64,000 nucleotides of DNA from Lama glama (lineage: Eukaryota), in the NCBI GenBank assembly GCA_028534125.1, contig CM052832.1, forward strand, positions 24,864,001-24,928,000, given 5' to 3'. A model generated the notes under the pieces. The model searched no databases, had not been told where the DNA came from, and saw nothing but the letters and a program-made list of their open reading frames with translations. Positions 37,295-48,590 of this stretch are shown piece after piece; the first letter of the stretch is position 1; each line of letters starts with the position of its first letter. The translations under genes were made by a program, and so were the position numbers.

Positions 37295-38351
37295 ATTTTT
37301 TAAAATTTTAATGTGGTAAAATACACGTAAAATTTACCATCTTTACCTTTAAGTGAACACATCAATAGTGTTAAGTTGCTGAACACTGGAATTTGACACA
37401 ACATTGTAAAATGATTATAAATCAACAAAAAATGTTAAAAAAAATAGTGTTAAGTACATTCACATTGTTGTTCAATCTCCAGAACTTTGTTCACTTTGAA
37501 AACCTGAAACTCTATACCCATAAAATAACTACCCATTCACCCCTCCCCCAGCCCCTAGAAACCACCATTCTATGGATTTAACTATTCTAAGTACCTCATA
37601 TAGGTGGAATCATACAGTAATTGTCTTTTTTCACTTAGCCTAACGTCTTCATCTGTTGTAAGTCAGAATTTCCTTCCTTCTTAAACTGAATAATACTCTA
37701 TTGTACGTATATGACATATTTTGTTTATTCATTCATCTGTCTATACACTTGGGTTGCTTCCACCTTCTGGCTATTGTAAACAATGCTGCTATAAATATGG
37801 GTATAGAAATCTCTCTTTGAGATCTTGCTTTCAATTCTTTTGGGTATATACCCCAAAATAAAATTGTTGGATCTTATGGTAATTTTACTTTTAATATTTT
37901 GAGGAGATGCCATCCTGTTTTTTACAGCAGCTACATCATTTTACATTCCCACCAGCAGGGCACAAGAGTTCCAATTTTTCTACATCCCTGCCAACACTTG
38001 CTATTTCCTGTTGTAGTTTTTTTTTTTTTTAATAGTGGCCATCCTAATGGATGTGAGGTGGTATCTCATCTTGGCTTTGATCTGAATTTCCTTAATGATC
38101 AGTGATGTTGAGCATCTTTTCAGGTATTTGTTGGCCATTTCTGTATCTTCTTTGGTGAAGTGTCAGTCAAGTCCTTTGTTCATTTTTTAATCAGGTTTCT
38201 GTTGTTGTTGTTGAGTTGTAGGAGTTGTGTGTATATTCTGGATGTTAACCCCTTATCAGAAATATGATTTACATTTTCTCCCGTTCTGTAGGTGGCCTTT
38301 TCACTCTGCTGATGGTGTCCTTGATGCACAGATGTTATTAATTTTGATGTA
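37295..38351 (-). mobile_element. L1MA/MB-type 5'-truncated LINE
   Basis: GTGGTAAAATACAC...AAATTTACCATC tail; 17-bp TSD TATGAATTCCTTTTAAA 37278-37294 / TATGCATTCCTTTTAAA 38352-38368. Confidence 0.92.
37377..37442 (+). mobile_element. 66-bp young camelid-type L1 3' tip
   Basis: TGCTGAACACTGGAATTTGACACAACATTG...AAATGTTAAAAAA; exact 13-bp TSD AATAGTGTTAAGT 37364-37376 / 37443-37455. Confidence 0.92.
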
Positions 38352-38909
38352 TATGCATTCCTTTTAAAGAGGAAAAAAATCATATATATGTCATAAATTA
38401 CTATATATGTTATATACACACACACACATTTCCATTGAAGTTACATTGACTACACACACACACGACTCTAGTTCAAGGTATACTGACATAAAAACTTCAG
38501 TGTTAGTCTTTCTAAGACATTTCTGAAATATCTTTTAACCGTAACTTATCAGTTCCTAGAGCTATATTCATCATAGGGTATATATCAATATGTGTTATGC
38601 TTTCAAAGAGGAAATTCCAGGAAACTAGGAAAATTCCAGCCACCTCTTCAAAGTACTTCCCCTGTACACGGTTGGCAGCTTCACTTCGAAGCTCGAGACA
38701 TTATTCCCAGTTAATATGAAAACATGCCCAGAAAGTGTTATCAATCTTAAATTGTTATCAGTCTTAAATACTGTTATCAATCAGTACAAATGAGACATTG
38801 CAAAGCAAAGTAAGTTCTTTTGCAAGGGAGAAGGAGAGAAGCAGGGCGTGGGCAACCAAGGAGTTGAGGCAGAACTACAACATAAGGCCATCAGGACGGA
38901 GACTGATGG

Positions 38910-39110
38910 GAAGAGCTCCCGCTCACATGGTATTCACAACCTGCCAGGCCTTGTTCTGGGTGCCTTGCATACATTAAGTTGAGATGGGGACACATATTTC
39001 TGTTTTATAAATGAGAAAATGGAGACACAAGGAGTTTAAGGAACTTACCTAAGGTCACACAGGGAATACATAAGCGACTGAGCCAGGCTTCCAGGGGACC
39101 TGGCAGGAGT
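38910..39110 (-). mobile_element. MIR SINE
   Basis: TTTATAAATGAGAAAATGGAGACAC...ACTTACCTAAGGTCACAC. Confidence 0.7.
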
Positions 39111-39139
39111 AAGTGTAATCAGTGTGCTCCTGGATGCAC

Positions 39140-39536
39140 GCCCTTGTGGTCTGTGAGACCAGTAGAACACAGCAGAAGTGATGGTGTGTCCCTTCCAAGA
39201 TGAGATTATACAGGACATGGTGGCCACTGTCTTGGTATCTCTACCTCAGATCACTTACTCTGGGGGAAACCAGCTACCAGGTCATGAGCAGTCCTAGGAC
39301 GGGGCCATGTGTGAGGTAGTGAGTTTGGAAGTGGATCTTCCAGCCCTGGGCAAAGTCTTTAGATGATTACAGCCCTGGCTTATGTCAACATCCTGACCAC
39401 AATCTCATGAGAGGCACTGGTCCAGAACCACCCAGCTTAGCCACTCCCAGATTCCTGACCGTCAGAAATGATGTGAAATAATGAATGTTTGTTGTTTTAA
39501 ACTGCTACATTGGGGGATAATTTTGTAACTGATACA
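39140..39536 (+). mobile_element. MaLR LTR (MLT1F-like)
   Basis: GCAGAAGTGATGGTGTGTCCCTTCCAAGA...CCAGAACCACCCAGCT...TTGTTGTTTTAAACTGCTA...AACTGATACA. Confidence 0.8.
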
Positions 39537-40662
39537 CCTTCTTGACATTCTTGGCCTAATACATAACTTTGTCCAGGGCAGGCTGAACTGTCACACTATT
39601 AGCCAGACCGCAGTCTGAGCCCCTATTAAGTCAGTCGTCATGCCCATTCTCTCGTAAAGCAGTGCAGCTCTTCTAAAGCAAGAATGACCTTTGCAATTAT
39701 ACTGGGTCCAAGCTACAGTTCATCTAAGATTCCCCAAACTATCCCTTCTTTGGAAATACAAGCCTTTCATCTTCAAGCTGGCCTTTTAAAAAATACCAAA
39801 ATTCCCACAATATTTTCCAATTTCAGTCTTATCCCAGAAAACATAGCTTCCTGCCTTCTTCAAAGGAACCAGTCAGTGAGGTGGTTAGAGAAATGCCATT
39901 TTTCTCGGGAAATCTGTAATAAGTATCTCTGGAGCTGAGTGAGTGGTGTTCTCATTCATGTTCTGCAAAAAAATACCTCAAATCTCATTACTTAAAACTA
40001 CAAAATAGTGATTCCTAAACTTACATTTTTAAAGCTCCAGGGAGGGGGACATGGTGAGCCTTGACTACTTTTAAAAATGTATTAAAATTTAGAATGTGCC
40101 ACTGGCCTCTTACCCGTCCCTCGAAACTTCTATAAAGTTAATTAGACTTCATTTCTTTGGAGGATTTGTAACACCCACTGAGATCCCTGGAGACCTCCAT
40201 GGGGCCGCTCGGGTTGAGGTTTTAGTTCTCTCTGAAGTGGTCTTCTATACACAATCAGGAAACATTCAAACCAAGACATTTAGGCTCTCTTTTAAGTATC
40301 AGTTAATTCATCTACTGTCTTCATTTCCCGGGACCAGATTTCCTTTGTATCATTTTCCCTCTGTTTGGTTATATCAGGGAAGGTAATCCACCACGGCCCT
40401 GATTTAAGTGCCTGAAGGAGGCTGACTGTACCAAGTGCCTACGAGGTCCTAGGTGGCCCCACCCTTTCAGAGAGGAAAAATAATCCTCTTTATCTCATGG
40501 ACGTGTGTTTCACATGAAGGTTGGCATCGCAAGACGGCCTGCTTCTCGGTGATCCAGCCCCTGCTCACCCCTTCGCCTCTCCTCACCTTCTGACTCTGCA
40601 GGTGGACCTGCTTGTAGACCTCCTCCACTGCTACATACACACACACGCACGCACCACGTATG

Positions 40663-41199
40663 TGTAGGGTAGGAAAAGGTTTTGTCCCTAACCTCTTAGG
40701 TTCTGAGGCTGGGATCTATGAATTAAGCTGATAAAAGATAGGTTAAGAGAGAAATAGTTCATTACATATGCATACAGAGGCCTTCATAGAAAAATGGTGA
40801 AGCAGTTAGACCCAAGGTCTCCATACATCACTGTAACAAAGAGCAGTACATTTGTGTAGAAGTGACAAGACCAAGGCAAAGGGGTTTAGACTTTAGGGGC
40901 AGTCAAAGGCAGGAAGGTAAATAAATGTGGGAAACTAATGGGTGATAAAGGTTAGTTAGTAAGGTCCTGTTTATGAGACTCATCTCAGTGCTGTCTCCGT
41001 GGTAAGATTCATTCTCCCCTTCCTGGGATTGGAGAGGGGAAGGGAGACGCCTTCACAAAGGGAATTTTATGCTCTCAGGTAGAGAATAGGAGGGCAGTGA
41101 GTTTTCCTTGTGCCTGCTGCTTCTGCAGTTGCCTTTAGCTCAAAATAACCCTTACACCACAACAGTGTATTTTGGGGTAATATATTCTGATCCCCTTTA
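40663..41199 (-). mobile_element. ERV1-class solo LTR
   Basis: TGTAGGGTAGGAAAA start; end GCTCAAAATAA...ATTTTGGGG...ATATTCTGATCCCCTTTA; flanks TATG / TATA. Confidence 0.75.
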
Positions 41200-41244
41200 T
41201 ATACATCTCAAAGACACACACATATTCCTCACAAGCTGCACACA

Positions 41245-41600
41245 CAGTCAGCTCTTCATATCAGTGAGTTCCACATCCACAGATTCAACCAACCACAGAT
41301 CAAAAATATTTGGAAAGAAAAGGATTCCGGAAAGTTCCAAAAAGCAAAACTTAAATTTGCCTCACACTGACAACTAGTTACATAGTATTTACATTGTATT
41401 TACAACTATTTAAATAGCATTTACATTGTGTTAGGTGTTGTAAGTAATCTAGAGAGCATTTAAAGTATACGGGAGGACATATGTAGGTTGTATGCAAATG
41501 CTATGCCTTTTATGCAAGGGAGCTGAACATGTAGAATTTTGGTATCCATGGCTGGGGGGATTTCTAGAATCAATCCCCTGAGGAAACTGAGGAGTAACAG
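41245..41600. mobile_element. TcMar-Tigger MITE (Tigger3/MER7-like)
   Basis: CAGTCAGCTCTTCATATC...CACAGATTCAACCAACC...GTAATCTAGAGA...AAAGTATACGGGAGGA; TA at the right flank. Confidence 0.85.
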
Positions 41601-41604
41601 TACA

Positions 41605-41830
41605 TAGACACCTCACACACTCACATATCTCACATCACACACTCAGACACACACCCACCTACACTTCACCTGTTACACACACACACCCCACATACACACC
41701 TCAGAGACACACACACATAAAAATATACATATACAGCACATACTAAACACACACACCCTCACACAGCTCACACATCTCCACCCCACACGCTGTGCACACA
41801 CCACACACATCTCATCCACCACATGCATAC
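41605..41830. repeat. CA-rich low-complexity / degenerate (CA)n
   Basis: Interrupted ACACAC runs. Confidence 0.85.
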
Positions 41831-41849
41831 TCTTCACCAGTGCTCTGCC

Positions 41850-42125
41850 CACTAACTCCCTCTTCATCCTTTGAAGTCCACCTCCATCGGGAAGCCTTTC
41901 CTGGTACCACCATACTGCCCAGCTGAATCAGGAGACTTTCTAGGTCCCATACAGCTCTCTGTGCCCACCTGCTCATTCCCTCATTGTTTGTGTCTGTCTT
42001 CTCCACCAGAGGATGGGCTCCCAGTGGCTCAAGCCTGCATTTGATTCACATTTCTACCCCCAACCCCTGCACCAGGCACAGTACCCAGCACTCAATCTCA
42101 GCAAATATTTCTGGAATGAAAATTT
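41850..42125 (+). mobile_element. L2 3' end
   Basis: CACCTCCATCGGGAAGCCTTTCCTG...CAGGCACAGTA...AAATATTTCTGGAATGAA. Confidence 0.7.
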
Positions 42126-42199
42126 GCTATTTCTGTGATAAAGAGACCCCTTGATTAGTAAACCAGCACAGCCAACGAATTCCAGACCATCTGAGTCCA

Positions 42200-42593
42200 A
42201 ATCAGAAGAAAATGACTGCATGGAGACTAAACAACATGCTACTAAGAAACCAATGGGTCAATGATGAAATCAAAGAAGAACTTAAAAAACACCTTGAGAC
42301 AAATGACAATGAAAACACAATCGCACGAAATCTATGGGATGCAGCAAAAGCAATCCTAAGAGGGAAGTTCGTAGAGATACAGGCCTTCCTCAAAAAATAA
42401 GAACAATCTCAAATAAAACAACATAACCTACCATCTAAAAGAATTAGAAAAAGGAGAACCAACAAAACCCAAAGTCAGCAGAAGGAAAGAAAGAATGAAG
42501 ATCAGGGAGGAAATAAACTAGAGATTTAAAAAAAACAATAGAAAAAATAAATCAAACCAAGTGCTAGTTTTTTGAAAGAGCAGATAAAATCAG
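42200..42593 (+). mobile_element. Isolated internal L1 ORF2 fragment (just downstream of the endonuclease domain)
   Basis: ORF 42212-42400 WRLNNMLLRNQWVNDEIKEE...NLWDAAKAILRGKF is an L1 ORF2p motif; stop codon and frameshifts follow. Confidence 0.92.
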
Positions 42594-44142
42594 CAGATTG
42601 TCTGGGTCCAGAATGAATCATTATAAGCTGATGCTTCATCACAGGAACAGTCTGCTAGTCTGTGAAGTGGAGATGTCAACAGCAACTGGCTCCTGGCTGG
42701 CCCGGAAGACTCGGCGAGGCTTTACGCGTGTGTAGTACTACGTATTTTAGTTGTAAACAAATGACATCATCAATCATTGCACTGGGGATGTAAAGCCACA
42801 CAGCTCTGCTAGAAACAGCCAACCCCCACATCTGGTCTAACCAGGCAAAATGCTGCTTCTGCCACCTTCCTGGGCCCCTCTCTTATCTCAAGCAGCCAGG
42901 TATCCCAAACACAATGGATCTGAGAAGAGCAACTCTCCATCCTTTCTAACCAGGCTGGGCACCCCTGCTCCCAGGTGCATTTATAAACAGACCTGCTGTC
43001 TAGCTCAGATCCACCAAAACGGGCTTGTTTCTGTTTTTAACTGTAGTCTTTGTTCTAAATCTACACCAATGCCCGGTTAGTATTTCTGACAGATTGGTTC
43101 TTTCTAATAGGTGACTCTTTGAATAAATGAAAAGCATTTCCCTGTGGTCTGCCTGTCACACTGTTTTTTTTTTCCTGTACTTTAATTGGGAACACTCTCC
43201 AACCTCTCCAACACCTGTTTGCTTCCTAGTGAGGTGAAGATTTGATTTCTTCCCTATTATAATTTCCTTTTGAGTCAAAATGGATATATTGGGGAAAAAA
43301 ATTCTAGCTAAGGGAAAAGATGAGAGCAGAAACCTATACAATTCTGTGAGTTAAAATAAGGCTAGTGGTTCAAGTCCATTGAGATGTCAGCGTGAGGGAG
43401 ATCCTGGCAGGAGCTTGCTGGGTCGTAGATCCTGACAGCCCTCCCTGTGGGTCTGCACGGACCTCCTCCTGGGACATCTGCCTCCTCAGAGACCAGCGTC
43501 CCAAATCCCCACATGGCAATGTTATCCACTGCAAATGCTGTCTGTTACAGTACCTCAGAGAGACGGAGAGCTGTCATGATTTTCTTGCTGAAAGACTAAG
43601 TGGAAGAGGGGGTGGGGAGGCCAAAGTGAGTACAGTTCCACTTTAACTCGCTGGAAATAGATATCTTGCCTCTTTCCTGTTCCTGAACATGCTGCCTTCA
43701 GCGTTTCAGGCCCACTGTGGACACAACTCATCCTTGAATCAATTACATTGCTTGCTACTTCACAGACCCTGAAGGATGGGCCTGAGAAAGACTGGGGGTG
43801 GGTGTGTGGGACCATTGCTGGGCGTCGCTCTCCCCACATGCTGACATTCCCTCTGGGGTTACAAGGCCCAGGTGGAGAAGCTGCCTGGGGCTCAGCCCCC
43901 CCCCCACGCTGATGCTTCTAGGGGCTCTCTGTGCATGTCAAACGCTTTGTGAAGTGCTCTAACAAACAATAGAGTGTGCCGAGTGCCAAGAATGGTGCTG
44001 TGGCAGAAGAGTTATCCTGTTGGATTCTTGTAGCAGCCAGCACCACCCAGCTCTCTCAGACGAGGGAGCTGAGTATAGGCTGGTTTAGTCGCTGCCCAGG
44101 TCAGTGAGGTCAACCATGTGTCTGTTAGACTCCTATGGGACT

Positions 44143-44830
44143 GTGCAGTCTGCACAGGCTGCTGGAACAAGTTACCACAAACAGGAACTCTTAAAACAGC
44201 AGACATTTATTCTCTCAGAGTTCTGGAGGCCAGAGGTCCAAAATCAAGATGTCAGCAGGGTTGGTTCCTGCTGGGGGCTCCAAGAGAAAGATCTGTTCCG
44301 GGACCCTCTCTTGGCTTCTGGCAGTCACCAGTAGTCCCTGCTGGTCCCCAGCTTTGGCAGCAGAACTCCAACCACTGTTTCTGTCTTCACAAGGCAGTCT
44401 TCCCTGGGGGTACCCTCTGTGCGTGTCCAAATCTCCCTCCTTTTGTGGGGACACCAACATTTAGGGCTCACCCTAAAGCTTTTCTGGTCATCTTCCCGTA
44501 ACTGGCCTCCTCCAGACTCTTCTCTTTCATCTTTAGCCAAAAGTGGTATTTAAGCCTAAATTCTAAGCCGCCTCTGAGCAGCTCCCATGTACACAGAAGG
44601 CATACATGTTAATAAACCTCTGTTGGTTTATTCCCTGGTGAACCTGTCTTTTGTCACAGTTGTCCCAGCTGAGAACTTAGAAGGGTTGAGGGAAAACTAT
44701 TTTTCCCTCCCCTACAACCTCATTTTAACTGAATTAAAGAATTCCACAAAGACCCTATTTCCAAAGAAGGTCATATTCACAGGTTCCAGGCAGACATGAA
44801 TTTTCAAGGACACTACACAACTCAGGACAG
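44143..44830 (-). mobile_element. MaLR LTR (MLT1A/B/C-type) interrupted by an ERV1 LTR piece
   Basis: TTAAAACAGCAGACATTTATTCTCTCAGAGTTCTGGAGGCCAGAGGTCC; resumes ACCTCATTTTAACT...GACCCTATTTCCAAA at 44717. Confidence 0.85.
44477..44716 (+). mobile_element. ERV1-class LTR 3' half
   Basis: TATTTAAG TATA-like box, AATAAA, end TTTTCCCTCCCCTACA similar to the reverse complement of the 40663 LTR terminus. Confidence 0.7.
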
Positions 44831-44956
44831 TAACCTTGACCAGCCTTTTATCCTTTTCCAGCCTCAGTTTCTTATCTGTATCTCAAAAGGTTCCTGGGAG
44901 AATGAAGTGAGGAGACCCATGAAAAGGGCTCCATCCCAGCTTCCCCTGTCAATAGA

Positions 44957-45490
44957 TGTTAGTTACAAGCCAGAATGCTGAGACACCAAGGTTTGCAGCA
45001 AAGAGAGGGCTTATCTGCAAGGCAGCCAAGCAAAGAGAGGACAGAACAAACCTCAAATCTGCCTCCCCAAAGTTGAGAGGCTTGGGGTATTGATGGTTAA
45101 AGAATAAAGAAGCAGGGCATTCAGAGGTGTGGGGGGCGTGGGGAGTGTGGGGGCGCGGGGAAGGACGATTGGAAAAAGGTGCAGTAATGGTCCTCCTGCG
45201 CAGGTGCAGCTCAGCTTCAGGCTTCCACATGTTCGAAAGGTTGCTGGGCGGACACTCATGCATGCCCAGTTGAAGGGTCGTGGTCGTCTCTAAAACTAAC
45301 CAGCTCAGGTCAAATTAGACACAGCTGACCCCAAGCTACTGGAAAACATCTCGGGCAAATATCTTGCTGTTTAGGCTGTGCGCTGCTTGGAGGACCTGCA
45401 AGTCTTCTGTGGCAACAATTAAAACGACCTTGATGAGTGAAGGCTGGTTACAGGTGAAGTGGATTTAAGTAATGATGACCCGCACTTTCA
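44957..45490 (-). mobile_element. ERV1-class (MER4/LTR8-group-like) solo LTR
   Basis: AAGGCAGCCAAGC...CTCAAATCTGCCTCCCCAAAG...GGGGTAT; GCATGCCCAG; ends uncertain, no TSD found. Confidence 0.6.
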
Positions 45491-46048
45491 TCGTCCTCAA
45501 CATCGTCCCTTCATCTTCCCCAGGCGCGGGGTTTACAGAAGCTGTGAGAAACACAAAGACGAACAGCAAACAGCCTCCGCTCCCGATGCGCCCACGGTAC
45601 TAGCTGTGGGTGCTACCCTGCCTCAAATACTGAAGTGCTAAACTCTCTGGTAGCAGTTAGAACGGTGGAGGCCAGTGTGGAGGTGGTCTGAGCAGACCAC
45701 ACAGAAAATGCCCCATTCAAGTGAGCTTTTAAAGGCGTCTCAGGAGCACCCTGGGTCCCTACAGAGAGGCGACCCACTGCCTGGAAGGGAGCAGCTCTTC
45801 AGCCCCACACCATGGAACCCAGTCGAGGGCACACGGTCACATACTTTGTGACATCCATGTGTCTTATTACTGATGGAGTCTGAACTCCTGATTCTGCGGG
45901 GCAGTCGCTTCTCCCTTGGAAGAGTACATCTCTGGCTGAAATAAATGGCCATTTTGGTGAAAAGTCTTTGAGATTTGGAGTTCACGGGAGCTCTTTGAAC
46001 TAAAGGTTCAAAGAACATCAATCCCACATTGGGTGGGATTCATCCTTC

Positions 46049-46485
46049 TGTTGACTGGGGAAAAAAAAAAGTACAACCTAAAAGCTGAGAATTCTGTTTT
46101 ACTCGGTGAACTTCCCGAGGACTTGCTCCCCGGAAGCAGCCTCTCAGATGGCCCTAAGAGACACCTCTGAAGAGGTAAGGGATGAGCCAGATTATATAGG
46201 AGTTTCTGCAACAAAAACCAGGTAGTTGGAACATCAAAGGATCACTGTTAGTTAAAGAAAACCCAGACCTCTCATGTTGATGAATTTAGTGCTTTTCTTT
46301 GTGTGGAAAGATGCAAAGTTTGGGCTTATTGAAATCATTCCTTTGATACGCACTTTATCTAGAGCCAGTATCCCATTTTCTTCCCCATCGTGAATCCTCT
46401 TGGGGTGCACAGTCAGGGGTTGGCTGATGGCCTGATGGGTGCAGCATCCTTTCTTTACTGATGTGGCAGGCGACCCTCGCCCACA
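46049..46485 (-). mobile_element. MER41-like ERV1 solo LTR (cetartiodactyl type)
   Basis: TGTTGACT...ACAACCTAAAAGCTGAGAATT...CAGCCTCTCAGAT...GAGCCAGATTATATAGGAG...CCACA; exact TSD CCTTC 46044-46048 / 46486-46490. Confidence 0.82.
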
Positions 46486-47489
46486 CCTTCTAAATCTGCA
46501 ATGCCTGTGCAATATTAGCTGTGACCTGAAGTCTGTAAAGCTTGTTACCAGGATGCTTCTCCCACCCTGAGCTGTTGGTGAGGATCTCAGCAATGCAAAA
46601 GACCAAGGGTGAGAAAATACTGCTAAAACCACACTTCGGAGTATTCGGTGGTTCTTCAATTAACAGTACAATTGACCCTTCCTCTGCTCTAGGCCTTCTA
46701 CCTGGAGAGACCCTCAAAAACCAGCCCTATTGTCAGCCCACGAGTTCTGCCGAGGCGATTGGCTTGCTTTCATCTGCCGAGGGTCTTGCCTTTCATGTGA
46801 CTATTATAAATAAGATGAATCCTGTTCATCAGTGAGTAAGGGCTAGAAGGCAAAATGATTCCTCTAATAATAGATTCCCTGGGCTGAAATAATCTGATTG
46901 GCTTTCTTTGATATGAAATGAAAGATAAACTGATTCATGTAAATGCATTTCTCTTTGAAACTACTCCAGTGCACTGAGTTGGGGCAAAATATGATACATT
47001 CAGTGGTTGTGCAGCAGCGAGTTTTATCCTTAAAATTCAGATGTGAATTGGCCGTTGGGGCTTCACAATACAAAAGGGGGCTGGGCTCATAGCTCAGGCC
47101 ACCAAAGCTTTCATACATACACGATACCTTTACTGAACCTAATAATCTTGGCCCTAATTCTTGGTTCTCTAAGAAGGGGTCATATGTATAGGGACAATAC
47201 AGCCAGAGTTTTCTAGAAGGGTTTAGTTATTAACTCCTTCCCACTGAAAGGCCAGGTCATAGATCCTGTTGTTCACTTTGAAAATATGGCTGCTGTAGTT
47301 TTCTGTGTGATAAGGAGGAGGAAGAGACGCAGAGGAGGGACAGTGTGTCTTTAAAACTCCAAGGTGCACAGGAAGCTCTTGACAATTCTTTAAAAAAAAA
47401 AAAAAAGGACCTCCTCCTACCTTCTCTTTTGTGCCTTTCTCCTACTTCCTGGTGCAAATGATCATTGCAGCAACAATGATGGTGATAGC

Positions 47490-47720
47490 ATTAATAATAA
47501 TAATAACATTGAGGATGATAGCTAACATTCATGGAGAGTTTGATATATGCCAGGCACTGTGCTAAATGCTTTACAGATGTTCTCATTTAACCCTGCCAAC
47601 AGAATAGCGAAGTCATTATGTTACTGATATTGCCCCCATTTTACAGATGAAGAACTGAGGCCCAGGGTCACACAGCTGGAATTCAACCTCAGCATTCAGT
47701 TCAGGGGTTCACATCCTTCA
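47490..47720 (-). mobile_element. MIR SINE
   Basis: ATGCCAGGCACTGTGCTAAATGCTTTACA...CCCCATTTTACAGATGAAGAACTGAGGCCCAG. Confidence 0.85.
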
Positions 47721-48234
47721 AAAGTATCCCCTGCCTTTTGCAGTCTTCTCACACTATTGAATCTCTTAAAACATCTGGACAGAAAAGAGTTAAACAGTCT
47801 GTGGGAGAAACTGGAAAAGGCCAGGACCTGTGGAGATTCTCATGGAGGGGGAGGGGAGCTGCCCCTGCAGGTAGAGGTGGGATGATGCCCCATGGCAGTT
47901 AAGCTACAGAGGATGATGACAGGCAAGAGGTGACCTTCTTGGCAGGTAGGTGATGTCAGAGTTCAGAGACAGGAGACAGCATCTCCCAGAACAAGCTATT
48001 TAAAAGATTCAGGAAGGCAGGATGCACCAGAGACCTCTGTCCGGAGGCCGAAAAGGTCAGCCTCTGGACAAAGATTCAGAGATAGTCCCTAATCTTTGTG
48101 AGTGCAGAGCTTTCTGGAAACCCAGCTGCTAGCAGTGGGCCAGGGTCAAGTCAGATCACAGGATGTGGGGATCCCTGCTGAGTCTCCTGATTATTGGACG
48201 AGAGGTCCTTGTACGGCCCCGGAATACGAACTAC

Positions 48235-48390
48235 CCAGTGCTTGCTGCCCAAACTTCCCCCTGGAGTTCTGGGTGAACTTACAGATTTCCAAAACCTGCC
48301 CTACACCTTTGAATGAGAATCGCTGGGAGGGCAGCCTGGGAATCTGTGTTTTTACCGGAATCCAGGTGATTCTAGTGCTCAAGGAAGTTA
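48235..48390. mobile_element. MER5-like hAT MITE fragment
   Basis: GCCTGGGAATCTGTGTTTTTACC...CCAGGTGATTCT. Confidence 0.55.
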
Positions 48391-48505
48391 TTTAGAGCCT
48401 GGGGGCCACAGCTGCATGGAGAGGTGAAGCAGGCTTGGCTGTGGGGACAGGAGAACTGTGGGACTGGAGAGTTAGATAGGAAATCACGCACAGCGTCCAA
48501 ATATT

Positions 48506-48590
48506 TTAGGGTCACCAAGTGTTCCAGTTTTCCTGGGACTGAGAGGATTCCTGGGATATGGGACTTTCAGTTTTAAAATTGGGACAATGT
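48506..48590. mobile_element. hAT-Blackjack MITE fragment (MER81/MER94-like)
   Basis: TAGGGTCACCA...TTTTCCTGGGACTGAG...GGGACTTTCAGTTTTAAAATTGGGAC. Confidence 0.6.

Larger units (their letters stand above)
36844..38800 (-). mobile_element. Probable hAT (Tip100/Zaphod-like) transposon fossil with transposase C-terminal remnant, interrupted by L1
   Basis: Minus-strand peptides VTTKAE (37162-37145), IIKNILFRTMG (37094-37062) and DYAEIKS (37010-36990) in the order of the hAT dimerisation domain; TIR-like CAGGGCCAGC at 36844; far boundary uncertain. Confidence 0.5.

Noticed and set aside
42212..42400. L1 ORF2-like ORF as a functional or domesticated CDS
   Set aside because: Only 62 aa, followed by a stop codon and frameshifts; a fossil fragment.
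46020..46040. 8-bp inverted repeat AATCCCAC/GTGGGATT
   Set aside because: Too short to exceed chance in 64 kb.
44477..46485. Paired LTRs as an intact provirus
   Set aside because: The LTRs differ in sequence and orientation, one has its own TSD, and there is no gag/pol/env or PBS between them.
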